Shown here piece by piece: positions 28,024 to 38,074 of a stretch of DNA of 64,000 bases (within the stretch, counting starts at the first letter, position 1; each line of letters begins with the position of its first letter). Location of the stretch: the IMG/VR virus record IMGVR_UViG_3300022752_003600, positions 306 through 64,305 of that record; one strand, given 5' to 3'. The notes under the pieces are model-generated. The model made no database searches, was not told where the DNA came from, and saw nothing but the letters and a program-made list of their open reading frames with translations. Position numbers and translations under genes: made by a program. The DNA comes from a virus. Lineage: Duplodnaviria; Caudoviricetes.

Positions 28024-29009
28024 GGGTCTACCTCCATGTGTGTTGTGGATAACCGTTCAATCGCGCGGCCGTACTCATAGCCGTCGCGGTGGTGGAACCT
28101 GCGCACGTACTGCGGGTGCGGGACGACGTTGACCAACTCGCGCGGTATCGACGCGTCTTTGAGGCTCTTCTCGGCCATGCGCCCGAGCGCAACTATCCGC
28201 GGTCGCCCTATGGTTGCCCACAGCAACGACATCCGCGAACCACAAAGCTCGGTGCCGTTGACGATACCGACGTTCTTCCAGAACGGATCTGGGAGGTGCG
28301 TGAGCAGGTAGTCACCTGAGTTGCCGCGCGCGGGGAAGAACGGAAGTATCGGTCCGTTAGGGTCATTGCGCCTGTCACCGACGAGCAGCACGCTTGGCCT
28401 TGCCGGGCCGATGTACTCAGGAAACTGCGCAACATTCTTGACCTGTGCCTCGCGCTCTTTTGCGATCGTAAGCATGCGGTCTGCGAGAGCAGGCAACGCT
28501 GACATGTCATATGGATCCGGCGAGACGACCTCGACGCGGGCCGCGTTGCGCATACCGAAGTCATACAGCTCGCATATCTTTTCAAGTTCGGACGTCTTGA
28601 CAAAGTCGTCACCGCGTACGCCGACACGCTCGACGATGACGTCAAGCGGCTGCTTCATCACAAACTGCACAGCGCCACGCGACAACAACATGAGCTCAAC
28701 GAGCCGCCAGCCGCCCTTGCCGAGCAGGCCGTATTCGTCCGTGCATGTGTGCGGACGCTTGATCGGCGCGTACGTGACCTCGCCCCAGTGCCACCTGTCG
28801 GCGATCACGATGTAGCCGTCTGTCCAGTTGACGTTTGCGACCGAAGTTGCCCACTCATTCAAGACCCACGCCCTGGTCTCCTCGGCCGGCCTACCCATGT
28901 GGTACGTCACAACCTCGCGGTCGGAAAACATGGAGGTCGCGCGCTCGATGAGCGCGGACACGACCGAACTCTTGCCTGAGCCGTCAGGGCCTTCAACAAC
29001 TATAAACAT
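28008..29009 (-). CDS. dNMP kinase fused to a UDG-like domain
   Basis: EGPDGSGKS P-loop and DRWH; C-terminal VLLVGD...PF...SG.YL...IVALG...HPQY. Confidence 0.75.
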   Translation of the reverse strand: MFIVVEGPDGSGKSSVVSALIERATSMFSDREVVTYHMGRPAEETRAWVLNEWATSVANVNWTDGYIVIADRWHWGEVTYAPIKRPHTCTDEYGLLGKGGWRLVELMLLSRGAVQFVMKQPLDVIVERVGVRGDDFVKTSELEKICELYDFGMRNAARVEVVSPDPYDMSALPALADRMLTIAKEREAQVKNVAQFPEYIGPARPSVLLVGDRRNDPNGPILPFFPARGNSGDYLLTHLPDPFWKNVGIVNGTELCGSRMSLLWATIGRPRIVALGRMAEKSLKDASIPRELVNVVPHPQYVRRFHHRDGYEYGRAIERLSTTHMEVDPWTLR

Positions 29010-29041
29010 GACCGTCCTTCGTCTTTAGGATATGAATATTA

Positions 29042-29518
29042 CTACGGAATAAGCTCAACCTTGTAGATCATCTCAATCCCCTTGTCGTTCCGCGCGGCCT
29101 CCTCTAGAAGCCGCTGCGCGACGTGGGTCAGGTACTTTGCGCCGCTTGCGTCATACTTGTAGAGCGCGTCGAGCACCGCGCTCGGCTCCTCGCTGACCTG
29201 CGCCCAGTAACGGTTCTTTTCAGGAAACACGACTGGCGCATTGAGAGATGGCCTGCATTCCGGGCAGACGATCAGCCTTTCTGGATTTTCTACCTCGGCT
29301 GTCGCGACCTCTTCAAGCCCGTAGCGCTGCACGAGGTGGCACGCGCCGGTGTGGTACATTACGGACACACCAACACGAGAGAGGACGTATGAGCCGTTTT
29401 CTGTCCGGTACAGGTCAAACTCGATCCAGCGGTTAGCGCCTGGACGACTTGAAGAAGAGTGGCCAAGCAGCTTGCCGCTGAACTGCAGTGTTCTTGAGCC
29501 GTCTTTTACCTGGATCAT
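29042..29518 (-). CDS. Hypothetical phage protein (possible Zn site H..C...CPEC)
   Basis: Full ORF with ATGA coupling. Confidence 0.7.
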   Translation of the reverse strand: MIQVKDGSRTLQFSGKLLGHSSSSRPGANRWIEFDLYRTENGSYVLSRVGVSVMYHTGACHLVQRYGLEEVATAEVENPERLIVCPECRPSLNAPVVFPEKNRYWAQVSEEPSAVLDALYKYDASGAKYLTHVAQRLLEEAARNDKGIEMIYKVELIP

Positions 29519-29727
29519 GCTTCTTTGTTTCTGTGAGTGGTTTCGGTAGTAGATACCGTATCATGACTATTGTCTTTGACGTAGCGCTCTGCTAGCAACA
29601 TCGCCTCGAGCTCTATCGACGTGTCAATGGACCTACTCAGCGATTCTTTTAGCACCTTTACAAGCATCGAAAGCTTGATGTTTTCGGCTTTAAGGTAGTC
29701 TACTTCTCTTTCGTCGTTGTTTGTCAT
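29515..29727 (-). CDS. Small hypothetical protein
   Basis: GAGGAG SD and TGGTAAAGT extended -10 (29752-29744) upstream. Confidence 0.7.
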   Translation of the reverse strand: MTNNDEREVDYLKAENIKLSMLVKVLKESLSRSIDTSIELEAMLLAERYVKDNSHDTVSTTETTHRNKEA

Positions 29728-29764
29728 TTTTTCTCCTCGCTAAACTTTACCATAAGCTGGTCGA

Positions 29765-31318
29765 CTACGGCGTCTGGAGCGCCGATTCAATTGCCTCTAC
29801 TCGAGCCGCGAGCTCTTTGATCGCGGCGACGCACGTCGCGATCATGCCGTTTGTCTGCCACATGGTCGTGATCGCCGAACTTCCGTCTGGCGACGAGTCG
29901 TAGACAGCCAGGTGAGGAGCTACTTCCTCGACTTCCTCCGCGACAAACCCTGCTTCCTTGTGCGCAGACACTTTTTCGTGGACAAGCTCGTTGGGGTGCT
30001 CATACATCGACTTGTCTTTCCACGCAAAGCGGCGCGGACGGAGAAGCTTTATGACTTCAAGCGCGTTTTCAACGTCCTCGATCTGCTCTTTCATGTCTCT
30101 TCGTGAACCGTCAATGAGAAAGTACCCGTCAGAGTTTCTTCTGCGTAATGGCTGGCTGTTTGCGGGCAAGACTGTGGCGGTGCCGAGGCCGCGGATATAG
30201 TCGCTGTAGACTAGGTTTACTCCGTAGACAACGTTGTTTGCCTGGATGTTTCCGTTTACTTGAAGGCTGCCGCTTACGCCCATGTTTGCGCCGGTGTTGA
30301 TGTTACCGCTTACGTCAAGCTGCTGGCCGATGTCAATGTTTCCGTCCGCGTACAAGATCGTGTTTCCACTGCCGCTTAGAATCCTGTTTGACGTCAAAGA
30401 CCAGCCACCGATTGTGCCAGTCGTGGCCGAAAGCGACACGGTCGCGCTGAGCGTTCCGCCGCTGATCCTGTCGGCGGATAAGGTTCCTGCTGTTATCTGC
30501 CCAGCGTTGATGTTTCCGGCATAGACATATGCTCCAGAGATCTGCGTCGCGGTGATGGTGCCGGCCGTGATCTTGCTCGCGTCGAGGCTACCGGCGGCGA
30601 TCCTCGCCGCGGCAAGTGTGCCCGTCGTGATGTTGCCTGCGTTGAGGTTAGAGACGGTGATGATACTCGCATCAATTGTTCCGGCCGTGATCTTGCTTGC
30701 GCTGAGGCTGGCGATCGCGTTGTCGCCGAGGTTGTTTGCGACCCATGTTGAGCCGTCCCAGCGGTAGATCCTGTTGTCGTCGTCTGTGTCAAACCACAGG
30801 TCACCGGCCGCTGTCGCCGTCGGCGCCGACGTCTGGCGAAACACCTTGTTTTTACCGTTGGCTGTCGACTGGGCCGCGCTAGCGGCCGACTGCGCAACTG
30901 CAATTGTTAAGTCGCGAACCGACACCCACGCGGTGCCATTGTAGCGCTTGAGGTTGTAGTTATCCGATGTGTCAATCCACAGGTCGCCCTCTCCAGGAGC
31001 TGCCGGCTGAGATGGCAAGACGCTTGTCTCAATTCCACCGAGCTCGTCCTGCGTTGCACCGTCGATCTTGTCAAGGTCAATTGCTCCGTCAGCGATGTTG
31101 TCGGTGTCTACCGCGCCAGGCGCGATGGTCTCGGTCGTGACAGAGTCTGGCGCAAGTTCAACATTTGTCACCGCGTCAACGTCGATGTTGTCAGTTACAA
31201 CAACACGGTCACCTATACGCCGCGGCGCAGGCCGTCGCGACAGCCGCTTGACGCGGCGGTCAAGCCTGTTTACATAGTTGCTGAGGCGTCGAAGAGCTCG
31301 GCGACGGTTACTAGCCAC
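29765..31318 (-). CDS. Tail fibre/spike with C-terminal intramolecular chaperone (Peptidase_S74-like)
   Basis: GDLW.DT modules, ASKITAGTI repeats, SRRDMKEQI...GFVAEEVEEV...AAIKELAARVEAIE. Confidence 0.85.
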   Translation of the reverse strand: MASNRRRALRRLSNYVNRLDRRVKRLSRRPAPRRIGDRVVVTDNIDVDAVTNVELAPDSVTTETIAPGAVDTDNIADGAIDLDKIDGATQDELGGIETSVLPSQPAAPGEGDLWIDTSDNYNLKRYNGTAWVSVRDLTIAVAQSAASAAQSTANGKNKVFRQTSAPTATAAGDLWFDTDDDNRIYRWDGSTWVANNLGDNAIASLSASKITAGTIDASIITVSNLNAGNITTGTLAAARIAAGSLDASKITAGTITATQISGAYVYAGNINAGQITAGTLSADRISGGTLSATVSLSATTGTIGGWSLTSNRILSGSGNTILYADGNIDIGQQLDVSGNINTGANMGVSGSLQVNGNIQANNVVYGVNLVYSDYIRGLGTATVLPANSQPLRRRNSDGYFLIDGSRRDMKEQIEDVENALEVIKLLRPRRFAWKDKSMYEHPNELVHEKVSAHKEAGFVAEEVEEVAPHLAVYDSSPDGSSAITTMWQTNGMIATCVAAIKELAARVEAIESALQTP

Positions 31319-33281
31319 GCTGGTCTACCTCCCACTCTGTCACGAGGTCTAGGTCGACGTCTTCCGGAAACGACGGGTTGTTCGGGACGTTTACCTTGAT
31401 TGCGTCAATCTTGCGGACAAGCACCGTGTCACGCACCTCCATGTCACTTGCAAGCCGCATGCGTACAAACTCATCGTCTGCGACGATTGAGCACCAGTCG
31501 CCAGGCGCGTACGTCCCGACCTGTGGGTCGAGCGAGCCGTTGACCCGGATCGTGACGTCGGCCACAGGCGGTCGAAACTCGTTAAGATACCGCACAGCGT
31601 GGTCGTACAGCTTTTGCTCGTCGGCCGTGTCATTTTTTTCTTCTTCTTGGTCGAGAAGCGGCCACCCTGCCTCGAGCAAGTCGGTCGCCGTCGCGGCGGC
31701 GTACGGCTGGCTGATGTCGTCGCCGAGGTCTGAGATGTTACCGACAACAAAAAACCTGGTTGCGGCATTTTCAGCAGACTCTTTAACCGTCAGGTCGCTG
31801 ATGTTTCCTGGATACTCAAACACGAGCCTGTCGGCGCCAAAGCGGCTGACAGGAGACACTTCGCCGGGCGCCGGCGGGTTAGGAAAGTCAATTGGTATGA
31901 AGACAAATGTTCGTGTAAATGACCTTGTGCTTGGGTCGTAGTCGCAGTCAACGCGGTACTCAAAGCCGTCGACCGTGTCAGAGTACTCGTCAAGTTCCTC
32001 GCCGACAGACCGCAGCTCATAGCCGCGGTACATCTTATTTTCAAGGTTCTTTGACGCAAAGTCTCCCGTTGAGTAGTCAATGAGGATGTCAGAGTTTGCG
32101 GGAAACGAGCCATACGTCGCCAAGATCGCGGCGCGGTTGATCGCGACGGTGCCGCTAGACGCCACCGATGTGATGTCTGTCGCGTTGAATGCGGCGTAAG
32201 TAAACGTAGTTGCTGTAGGCGTAGTTAGCACCTCGACGCCTTCAGCGTTAAACACTTCTGTCGTAGACGATAGGTCGTCGACTCCAGATATCGTTACTAA
32301 GTCTCCTGGCAAAAGCCCGTGCGATGCGCTTGTTGTCAACGTCGCTACTCCAGCTGCGTAGGCTTTGTTCGTCACCGTCTTTGTCGTGTTTGAGTAGGCC
32401 GTCGGACCTTCATTTGCACCAGTATTTTGGACTCTAAATGTCGTCACTGACGGAATCTCTGTGATTTCGTACTCTCCGTTGTACGCCGCACTGATGTTAG
32501 TGATCTTAACTGTCTGGCCAATGACACCTCCGTGCGACCCACTCACGGTGAATGTTGCAACATTTGAAGCACGAGACACTGAAACAATGTCATAACTAGT
32601 GCTCTGTGCCGGTTCAATCTCGTCGTTTGGAAACGCAATGTTTATGAAGTCAACCATCGTTGAGTCAAGCAGCTGGCGCATGTAGTCATACGCATCTGTC
32701 CTGACATACACGGTTGCCAACGTGTAGGTGCCGTTTGGCATAGTGGGTATTGACACAGAAAATGTGGTCGTGGTCGGCGCGGGGCTTGCGAGCACGGTGT
32801 AGTAGCCGTTGTACTGAAAATCGCCTACTTCATAGAAAATGATCCTGACGCTAGAGCCGGTTGGGGCCTCGTACTCACCGTTGTCAAGCGTCACCGCCGC
32901 GACGCCAGACGTGACAACGACCGTCGCGCTAAAGTCGTGCGTGTACGTCTTCCAGATGTTGCGGTGGTGAAAGTAGCTCGTGAACTCAGAGCCACTGACC
33001 GTCAGCTCGCGCGTCCGAGCGGAGTATGACCTGTCCCAGATGATTCCGCCCCACACGCAGACGTCGTCTCTTACGACGTACAGCGCCGTCTTGCCCGGCA
33101 TGGTGTTTTCATAGAGGTTAAACACGTTTGACGACTCAACGACCGGCACCTTGCCGCTAAACGACCCAGCGCCCTTGATCGACCGCTCGTATGACACGTC
33201 GGTAAACGGAATCTCGGCGATGACAACGTTGCTGAGCAGGTCAGCCGTGAAGTACCTATATGTCGCTACTCTGTCTGTCAT
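31311..33281 (-). CDS. Minor tail protein (Tal/hub-like)
   Basis: YRYFTADL...WGGII...EYPGNI...GWPLLD; third gene of the TMP-Dit-Tal order. Confidence 0.8.
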   Translation of the reverse strand: MTDRVATYRYFTADLLSNVVIAEIPFTDVSYERSIKGAGSFSGKVPVVESSNVFNLYENTMPGKTALYVVRDDVCVWGGIIWDRSYSARTRELTVSGSEFTSYFHHRNIWKTYTHDFSATVVVTSGVAAVTLDNGEYEAPTGSSVRIIFYEVGDFQYNGYYTVLASPAPTTTTFSVSIPTMPNGTYTLATVYVRTDAYDYMRQLLDSTMVDFINIAFPNDEIEPAQSTSYDIVSVSRASNVATFTVSGSHGGVIGQTVKITNISAAYNGEYEITEIPSVTTFRVQNTGANEGPTAYSNTTKTVTNKAYAAGVATLTTSASHGLLPGDLVTISGVDDLSSTTEVFNAEGVEVLTTPTATTFTYAAFNATDITSVASSGTVAINRAAILATYGSFPANSDILIDYSTGDFASKNLENKMYRGYELRSVGEELDEYSDTVDGFEYRVDCDYDPSTRSFTRTFVFIPIDFPNPPAPGEVSPVSRFGADRLVFEYPGNISDLTVKESAENAATRFFVVGNISDLGDDISQPYAAATATDLLEAGWPLLDQEEEKNDTADEQKLYDHAVRYLNEFRPPVADVTIRVNGSLDPQVGTYAPGDWCSIVADDEFVRMRLASDMEVRDTVLVRKIDAIKVNVPNNPSFPEDVDLDLVTEWEVDQRG

Positions 33282-33290
33282 CTTTTCTTC

Positions 33291-34946
33291 CTAGCCGATC
33301 CACCCTGACCGGTAATATACTGTCAAGTCCGCGGTCGAGTTTGCGTTACCGTCGTCTTGAAATGTAAACTCGTTTGCGCCTGGCGCGAGCACGATCCAGT
33401 CGGTCAACGTATCAAGCATCGACCGCGTGTCATTGGTGTCTCCGTTGAACGCAACCTCAAGGTTATACGTGTCAATCTCGAGTACGTCCACCGGGATAGA
33501 CGCCGTGCCGCTCGCCGCCGCCGGTGAGATGTTTGCGTTTGTTTTGTCGTAGGTAAACGTGGTGGTCGTCGGCGTGTCGGCGATGACGTAGGTGCCGTCA
33601 AACGCCGCGTCAGAGATTACAACCGTGACGGTGTCGTTCGGCAAAAACCCGTGCGCCGAAGACGTAGTAAGTGTCGCGACGTTGCTTGTCAACGACTTGT
33701 TTGTGACGCTACGTGTTGTCGCGTCGCGCAGCGGCTGGATGATGACAAGTTCTTGGTCGCTTCCTGCGTTGTAGATCGAGAGCGGACCGGTCGACGGGCC
33801 GGTGACCTCGAGGATCACATTTACGTCGATGTTGCCGTTGTTGTTGATCGTTGCGACTCCAGACTGTCCGCCGGAGCCGCTCTTGCACGGTATCGTCGTC
33901 GTGTTGTAGCCGTCAACCTGCTCCCAGTTCCAGCCGTACTTGATCGGGTCCGGAGCGCGCAGTCCGACGCTAAACTCGGTCCTGCCGCGCGGGTTGACCG
34001 TCTCCATGTCCGGCTTGCCGCTGAGGCGCACCTTTGACGCCTTTGTCGGAGTCTCGTTGACGTACAGCCACGCGTTGCGGTAGACGAGGCTTGTCGCCTC
34101 GATGAGCTTATTTCTGGCGGCCGCGACGTACGACGCATTAGGCGGCAAGAACACGCCTTCAAGGACGATGTCGCGGGCGGCCCAGCGCCCGCGTGTGTCG
34201 TATGAGCCGTCTCCCCAGCCGCGCCGGATGTCCTGCATCTCAGGATCTGGCTGTCCCCACCAGCCCTTGATGTCGGTGACGACCCACACAACTCCGTTTT
34301 CATCGATGGTGTTGAAGACCATCTCGCCGAGCTGGATGTCAGCGTTGAGCTTCATGCCGGTGAAGACCGGCGGTGGCAGCTGCTTCAGCGAGTTGTCGAC
34401 CGTGCTTGTCTCGTACGCCTGCGTGAAGTCGTCGGTGTAGAGGTTGATATATGCGCTCTGTTCAAAGAGAACTCCGTCAACCAAGAACTTCTTTGATGCT
34501 GTACCGGCCGTCGGCTGGATGACCTTGATCGACGCCGCGACCGCGCCGACCGGCGCCGCTCCGACCTTGCCGATGCGGACCCAGTCCGAGCCAGGGTCCA
34601 TCTCAACAAGCTCGCTTAAGAGTGACGAGACGAGGCTGCCGCCGGTAAGCGCCGTGTACCACTCGACGTCAAGACGCACGCTCGATACGTCTTCTCCTGT
34701 TGGGACCTTGAGGTAGGCCGAGATCGCGTACGAGAGTCCAGCCGTCACGGCGATGCGCGACGACGTCACGGCGCCGGAGCTCGTCGTGTTTGACTTTGTC
34801 ACCTCGAGACACGCGCCGCCGAAGACATAGTCCGTCGTGACGCGGGCCACGGTCGCGCTGCCGGTTCCGGTCCAGCCGGTCGCGTTTGTCTTAAATGACG
34901 GGTTAGAGACTAGGTTTGTACGCGCAATGTTCTCAAATGACGTCAT
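33291..34946 (-). CDS. Distal tail protein with N-terminal carbohydrate-binding-like domain
   Basis: NLVSNPSF...VDGVLFE CBM-like domain, LRAPDP.KY and LAPGANEF Dit motifs; follows the TMP gene. Confidence 0.8.
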   Translation of the reverse strand: MTSFENIARTNLVSNPSFKTNATGWTGTGSATVARVTTDYVFGGACLEVTKSNTTSSGAVTSSRIAVTAGLSYAISAYLKVPTGEDVSSVRLDVEWYTALTGGSLVSSLLSELVEMDPGSDWVRIGKVGAAPVGAVAASIKVIQPTAGTASKKFLVDGVLFEQSAYINLYTDDFTQAYETSTVDNSLKQLPPPVFTGMKLNADIQLGEMVFNTIDENGVVWVVTDIKGWWGQPDPEMQDIRRGWGDGSYDTRGRWAARDIVLEGVFLPPNASYVAAARNKLIEATSLVYRNAWLYVNETPTKASKVRLSGKPDMETVNPRGRTEFSVGLRAPDPIKYGWNWEQVDGYNTTTIPCKSGSGGQSGVATINNNGNIDVNVILEVTGPSTGPLSIYNAGSDQELVIIQPLRDATTRSVTNKSLTSNVATLTTSSAHGFLPNDTVTVVISDAAFDGTYVIADTPTTTTFTYDKTNANISPAAASGTASIPVDVLEIDTYNLEVAFNGDTNDTRSMLDTLTDWIVLAPGANEFTFQDDGNANSTADLTVYYRSGWIG

Positions 34947-37900
34947 GCGGCACCTGCCCTAAGTTGAAACGCGAGCTGACGTGAGACCATCGCGGCGAGC
35001 TCGCGCTCGTCCATGCCCTGCGACGGGTAGATGTTGAATGTCTGACCGCCCTTGCCGCCTGACAGGAGCGAGATGATCGCCTTGTCGCGCTTTGAGAGGC
35101 CGTCTTCGTCGAGCGGCTCGATGCGCTCCGGCTTGCCGGCCTCGGCGACCTTGACGAGCGTTCCGCCGGCCGACGGAAACACCGTGCCGCCCATCGCGAG
35201 CTCTGGAAGCTTCGGCGCTGAGATCGTGTTTCCGCCGATGATCGGAACCCACCGCGGCACGCTCCACGAGAGTTTTCCAACAGAGTTGTTCCAGCCTTTA
35301 GCGATGAGGTTAAACGCGGCCTTAAACGGCGCAAAGAGGATGTTCGTGATGCCGCTAAAGATATTCTTCAGGCCGTTGACAAGGTTTCTAAACGCACTTT
35401 CAAAGAGCTGCTTTGCTCGGTCAGTGTCGCCTTGAAGCAGCGCAAAGAAGCCCTTGATGACGTCCCACACGGCCTTGAAGATCTGGCTGATACCGCCGAT
35501 GATCCTGATGAACCCGACAACATTGTCAGCGACCATCTTGATAGCTCCGACAAGGACAACTTGCAGTAGCGGTACCAGCGTGACCGCGAGGAAGTCACCG
35601 ATCTTTTCAAAGATATCGCTGAAGCTAGAAATCTGCGGCATAAACTTCTGGATCTCTTCTAAAATCCGTGCGAACGCTTCGCCAAGCGCGTCTTTTACGG
35701 CCGCGACGAGCCCCATGACCGCGTCGCGGAACTTCTCGCTGTTCTGCCAGGCGAGGATAAAGATCGCGACGAGCGCGGCGATGATCGCGATCGCCGCGAT
35801 CATCGGGCCGGAGACAGTTATGCCAAACGTCGCAAACGCCGAGCTGAGGCCGGACAGGCCGCCTCCCGACAGCTTGAACGCAACTGACGCGGTCTTAAGC
35901 TGCGTCGCAAGACCGCTGAGCATGCCAGGAAGACCGGTCACGGCCCTAAAGATGTCGCCAAACTTCTGCGCATAGCCGGTGAGTATGGTAAATGTCGTCA
36001 TGCCGAGGTTCTTGATCAACGTGATCGCCTTCAAGAAGCCCATGAAAGCCGACACAGACAAAAGAATCTTCATGATCATGTCGTTGCTGAAGACCTTTAT
36101 CATGATGTCAAGCGCAAAGTTAAGCACCGAAAAGAACGTCTGTATTGACTCAGACTCGGCAAAAAGCGCCATAAATGTTGCAAACTTGTCAACAAAATCC
36201 CCAAGTGCCGGTGCGCCGGTCAGCAGCCTTTGAAGTGCGCCTGCGATTGCGCCGACTGCCTTTGACAGGCCGTCGGCAAACTTGGTGACACCTTCGTCAT
36301 CACCGAGGCCAAGCACCGCCATGATGATGTTGTTAAACAACCTGCCGATCGCCTCAACGTTTGGAACGACACGCTTAAAGTAGTCTTGTAGCGACCCGTC
36401 TCCGCTGATCTTTGCCGTAAAGTCGGCAAACTTCTTGGTCGCGTTCTCGAACGACGTCAGCAGCATCTCGCCGGCGCTGCCAGGCCCCGCCGCGGCGCGG
36501 CCGATGTTCATCAGCGCGTCCCAGATGTTCTTGAAGATGTCTCCAAGCTGCGCGGCGACGTCGCCAGCATAGTCAAAGATGCCTGTCATCCTTTCAACTT
36601 GTTCGTTAGTGGTGAACGCGGCTGCCCAGCCGTCAGTAAGCGTGACGACCCAGTCTGCAAACCGCCTCGTCAGTGGCCCGGCGGCTTCAAGTATGCCAAG
36701 AAGCGCTGTGTACAGGTTTCCGGCAACAGTTCCCATTCGCTCGATGACATAGATGTTTGTCTCGCCGACCGCCTCAAAACTGCGAAGCGCTTGCTGCGAC
36801 GTCGCAATCTCTGCAAACTTCTTTGCCGTCTCGCCGAGCGCCTTTCCTGTAGCAGGAAGCAGCCGCTCGAGCGCCGGAAAGTATGAGTCAACAAGTAGGC
36901 TAAGTGCCTCACCAAGTCGCGGCAAGAACTCTCGCTGGACCTCTTCTTTGATCTTTTTGAACTTGTCTTTCACTGACTCAAGAAGTTTCACGAAGTCTTG
37001 CGCCTCCGGGATCAGCTTCGTGAACGCGTCATCTCCCGCGCCTCCGCCGCCGCCCTTCTTAGCCGCATCTTCACGCGCCCGCGCAAGGGCGCGCTCCGCG
37101 TCTGTCTGCGACCTCAGGCCGTCGCGTTCAGTCTTTGCCTGCTGCTCTCTTGCGTCCTCTAGCCGCCTTGTGGCCTCGACAACTTCGTCGGAGCCCTCAA
37201 CGCCTTTCTTGTTTGCCTCGTCTTGCGCCTTCGTGAGATCCGCATTTCGATCTTTAGCGCGGCGCAGGTTGAGGTCGGCCTCGGCAAATGCAAGTTCAGC
37301 TTCACGCCGTGCTCGAGAGTTAGGCGGCAGGTCTTGTACACGCTGCAGCCGCTCGCGCGCCTTCTCAAGCTCAAGTGACGCCTTTTTCTCGCTGATCGCG
37401 GCGTCTTCTGCATCAAAGTTGAGTTGCTGCAGGTTTTCAGCGGCTTCTTTTCTCGCTCGAGCGAGGTTGTCTTCGGCGTCGGCAAGCTCGCGCGCCGCGC
37501 GCACGAACGACTCTCTGTTGTTCTCAATGACGCGTGCCAACGAGCGCTCTGCGTCCTCGATCCTGCGTAGCGCGGCCTCGTTGTCTTTGCCCGCGCCTTT
37601 TGCCTGCTTTGCCCGTGCCTTGAGCGCCTCTCCGATGCCGCTAAGCGCCATCTTGACGACGCCAAATCCTTGGCCTATTGCGGCCAGAGCTCCGCCTAGC
37701 GCGGCAAGCGCAGGAATCGCGGCCGCAACCTGCGAGACTAAGATGACAAGTCCGGATGCCAGCGCGCCTACCGCTCCGACGACGCCAGCGATGGCTGGAC
37801 CAAGAAAGTAACCTACGGTGACAAGCTGCCTAAATGCGTCTGCCGCGTCACGCCCGTTGGCGCGCATGTCCGCAAAAGCGCCGGACAACCCGTTAGCCTG

Positions 37901-38056
37901 CCGCTGCAGCCCCGACCCAAATCCGTTAGCAAACGACTGAGAGGCCTGCTGGCCGGCGCCTTGTAAGTTGGCACGGCGCAACGCCTGCTGGACGTCACGC
38001 TCGAAGTTGGTCGTGATCGCACGAACGATGACATATGCGTCACCGACTACCGGCAT
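34943..38056 (-). CDS. Tape measure protein
   Basis: 1037 aa, Ala-rich and helical with hydrophobic stretches, LAMGG...VAEAG.PE C-terminus; follows the chaperone pair. Confidence 0.9.
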   Translation of the reverse strand: MPVVGDAYVIVRAITTNFERDVQQALRRANLQGAGQQASQSFANGFGSGLQRQANGLSGAFADMRANGRDAADAFRQLVTVGYFLGPAIAGVVGAVGALASGLVILVSQVAAAIPALAALGGALAAIGQGFGVVKMALSGIGEALKARAKQAKGAGKDNEAALRRIEDAERSLARVIENNRESFVRAARELADAEDNLARARKEAAENLQQLNFDAEDAAISEKKASLELEKARERLQRVQDLPPNSRARREAELAFAEADLNLRRAKDRNADLTKAQDEANKKGVEGSDEVVEATRRLEDAREQQAKTERDGLRSQTDAERALARAREDAAKKGGGGGAGDDAFTKLIPEAQDFVKLLESVKDKFKKIKEEVQREFLPRLGEALSLLVDSYFPALERLLPATGKALGETAKKFAEIATSQQALRSFEAVGETNIYVIERMGTVAGNLYTALLGILEAAGPLTRRFADWVVTLTDGWAAAFTTNEQVERMTGIFDYAGDVAAQLGDIFKNIWDALMNIGRAAAGPGSAGEMLLTSFENATKKFADFTAKISGDGSLQDYFKRVVPNVEAIGRLFNNIIMAVLGLGDDEGVTKFADGLSKAVGAIAGALQRLLTGAPALGDFVDKFATFMALFAESESIQTFFSVLNFALDIMIKVFSNDMIMKILLSVSAFMGFLKAITLIKNLGMTTFTILTGYAQKFGDIFRAVTGLPGMLSGLATQLKTASVAFKLSGGGLSGLSSAFATFGITVSGPMIAAIAIIAALVAIFILAWQNSEKFRDAVMGLVAAVKDALGEAFARILEEIQKFMPQISSFSDIFEKIGDFLAVTLVPLLQVVLVGAIKMVADNVVGFIRIIGGISQIFKAVWDVIKGFFALLQGDTDRAKQLFESAFRNLVNGLKNIFSGITNILFAPFKAAFNLIAKGWNNSVGKLSWSVPRWVPIIGGNTISAPKLPELAMGGTVFPSAGGTLVKVAEAGKPERIEPLDEDGLSKRDKAIISLLSGGKGGQTFNIYPSQGMDERELAAMVSRQLAFQLRAGAA

Positions 38057-38074
38057 AACGACCTCCTGTTGCTC

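Noticed and set aside
36753-37811. 352-aa plus-strand ORF
   Set aside because: Antisense shadow of the tape measure gene; Ser/Ala/Arg-rich with no motifs
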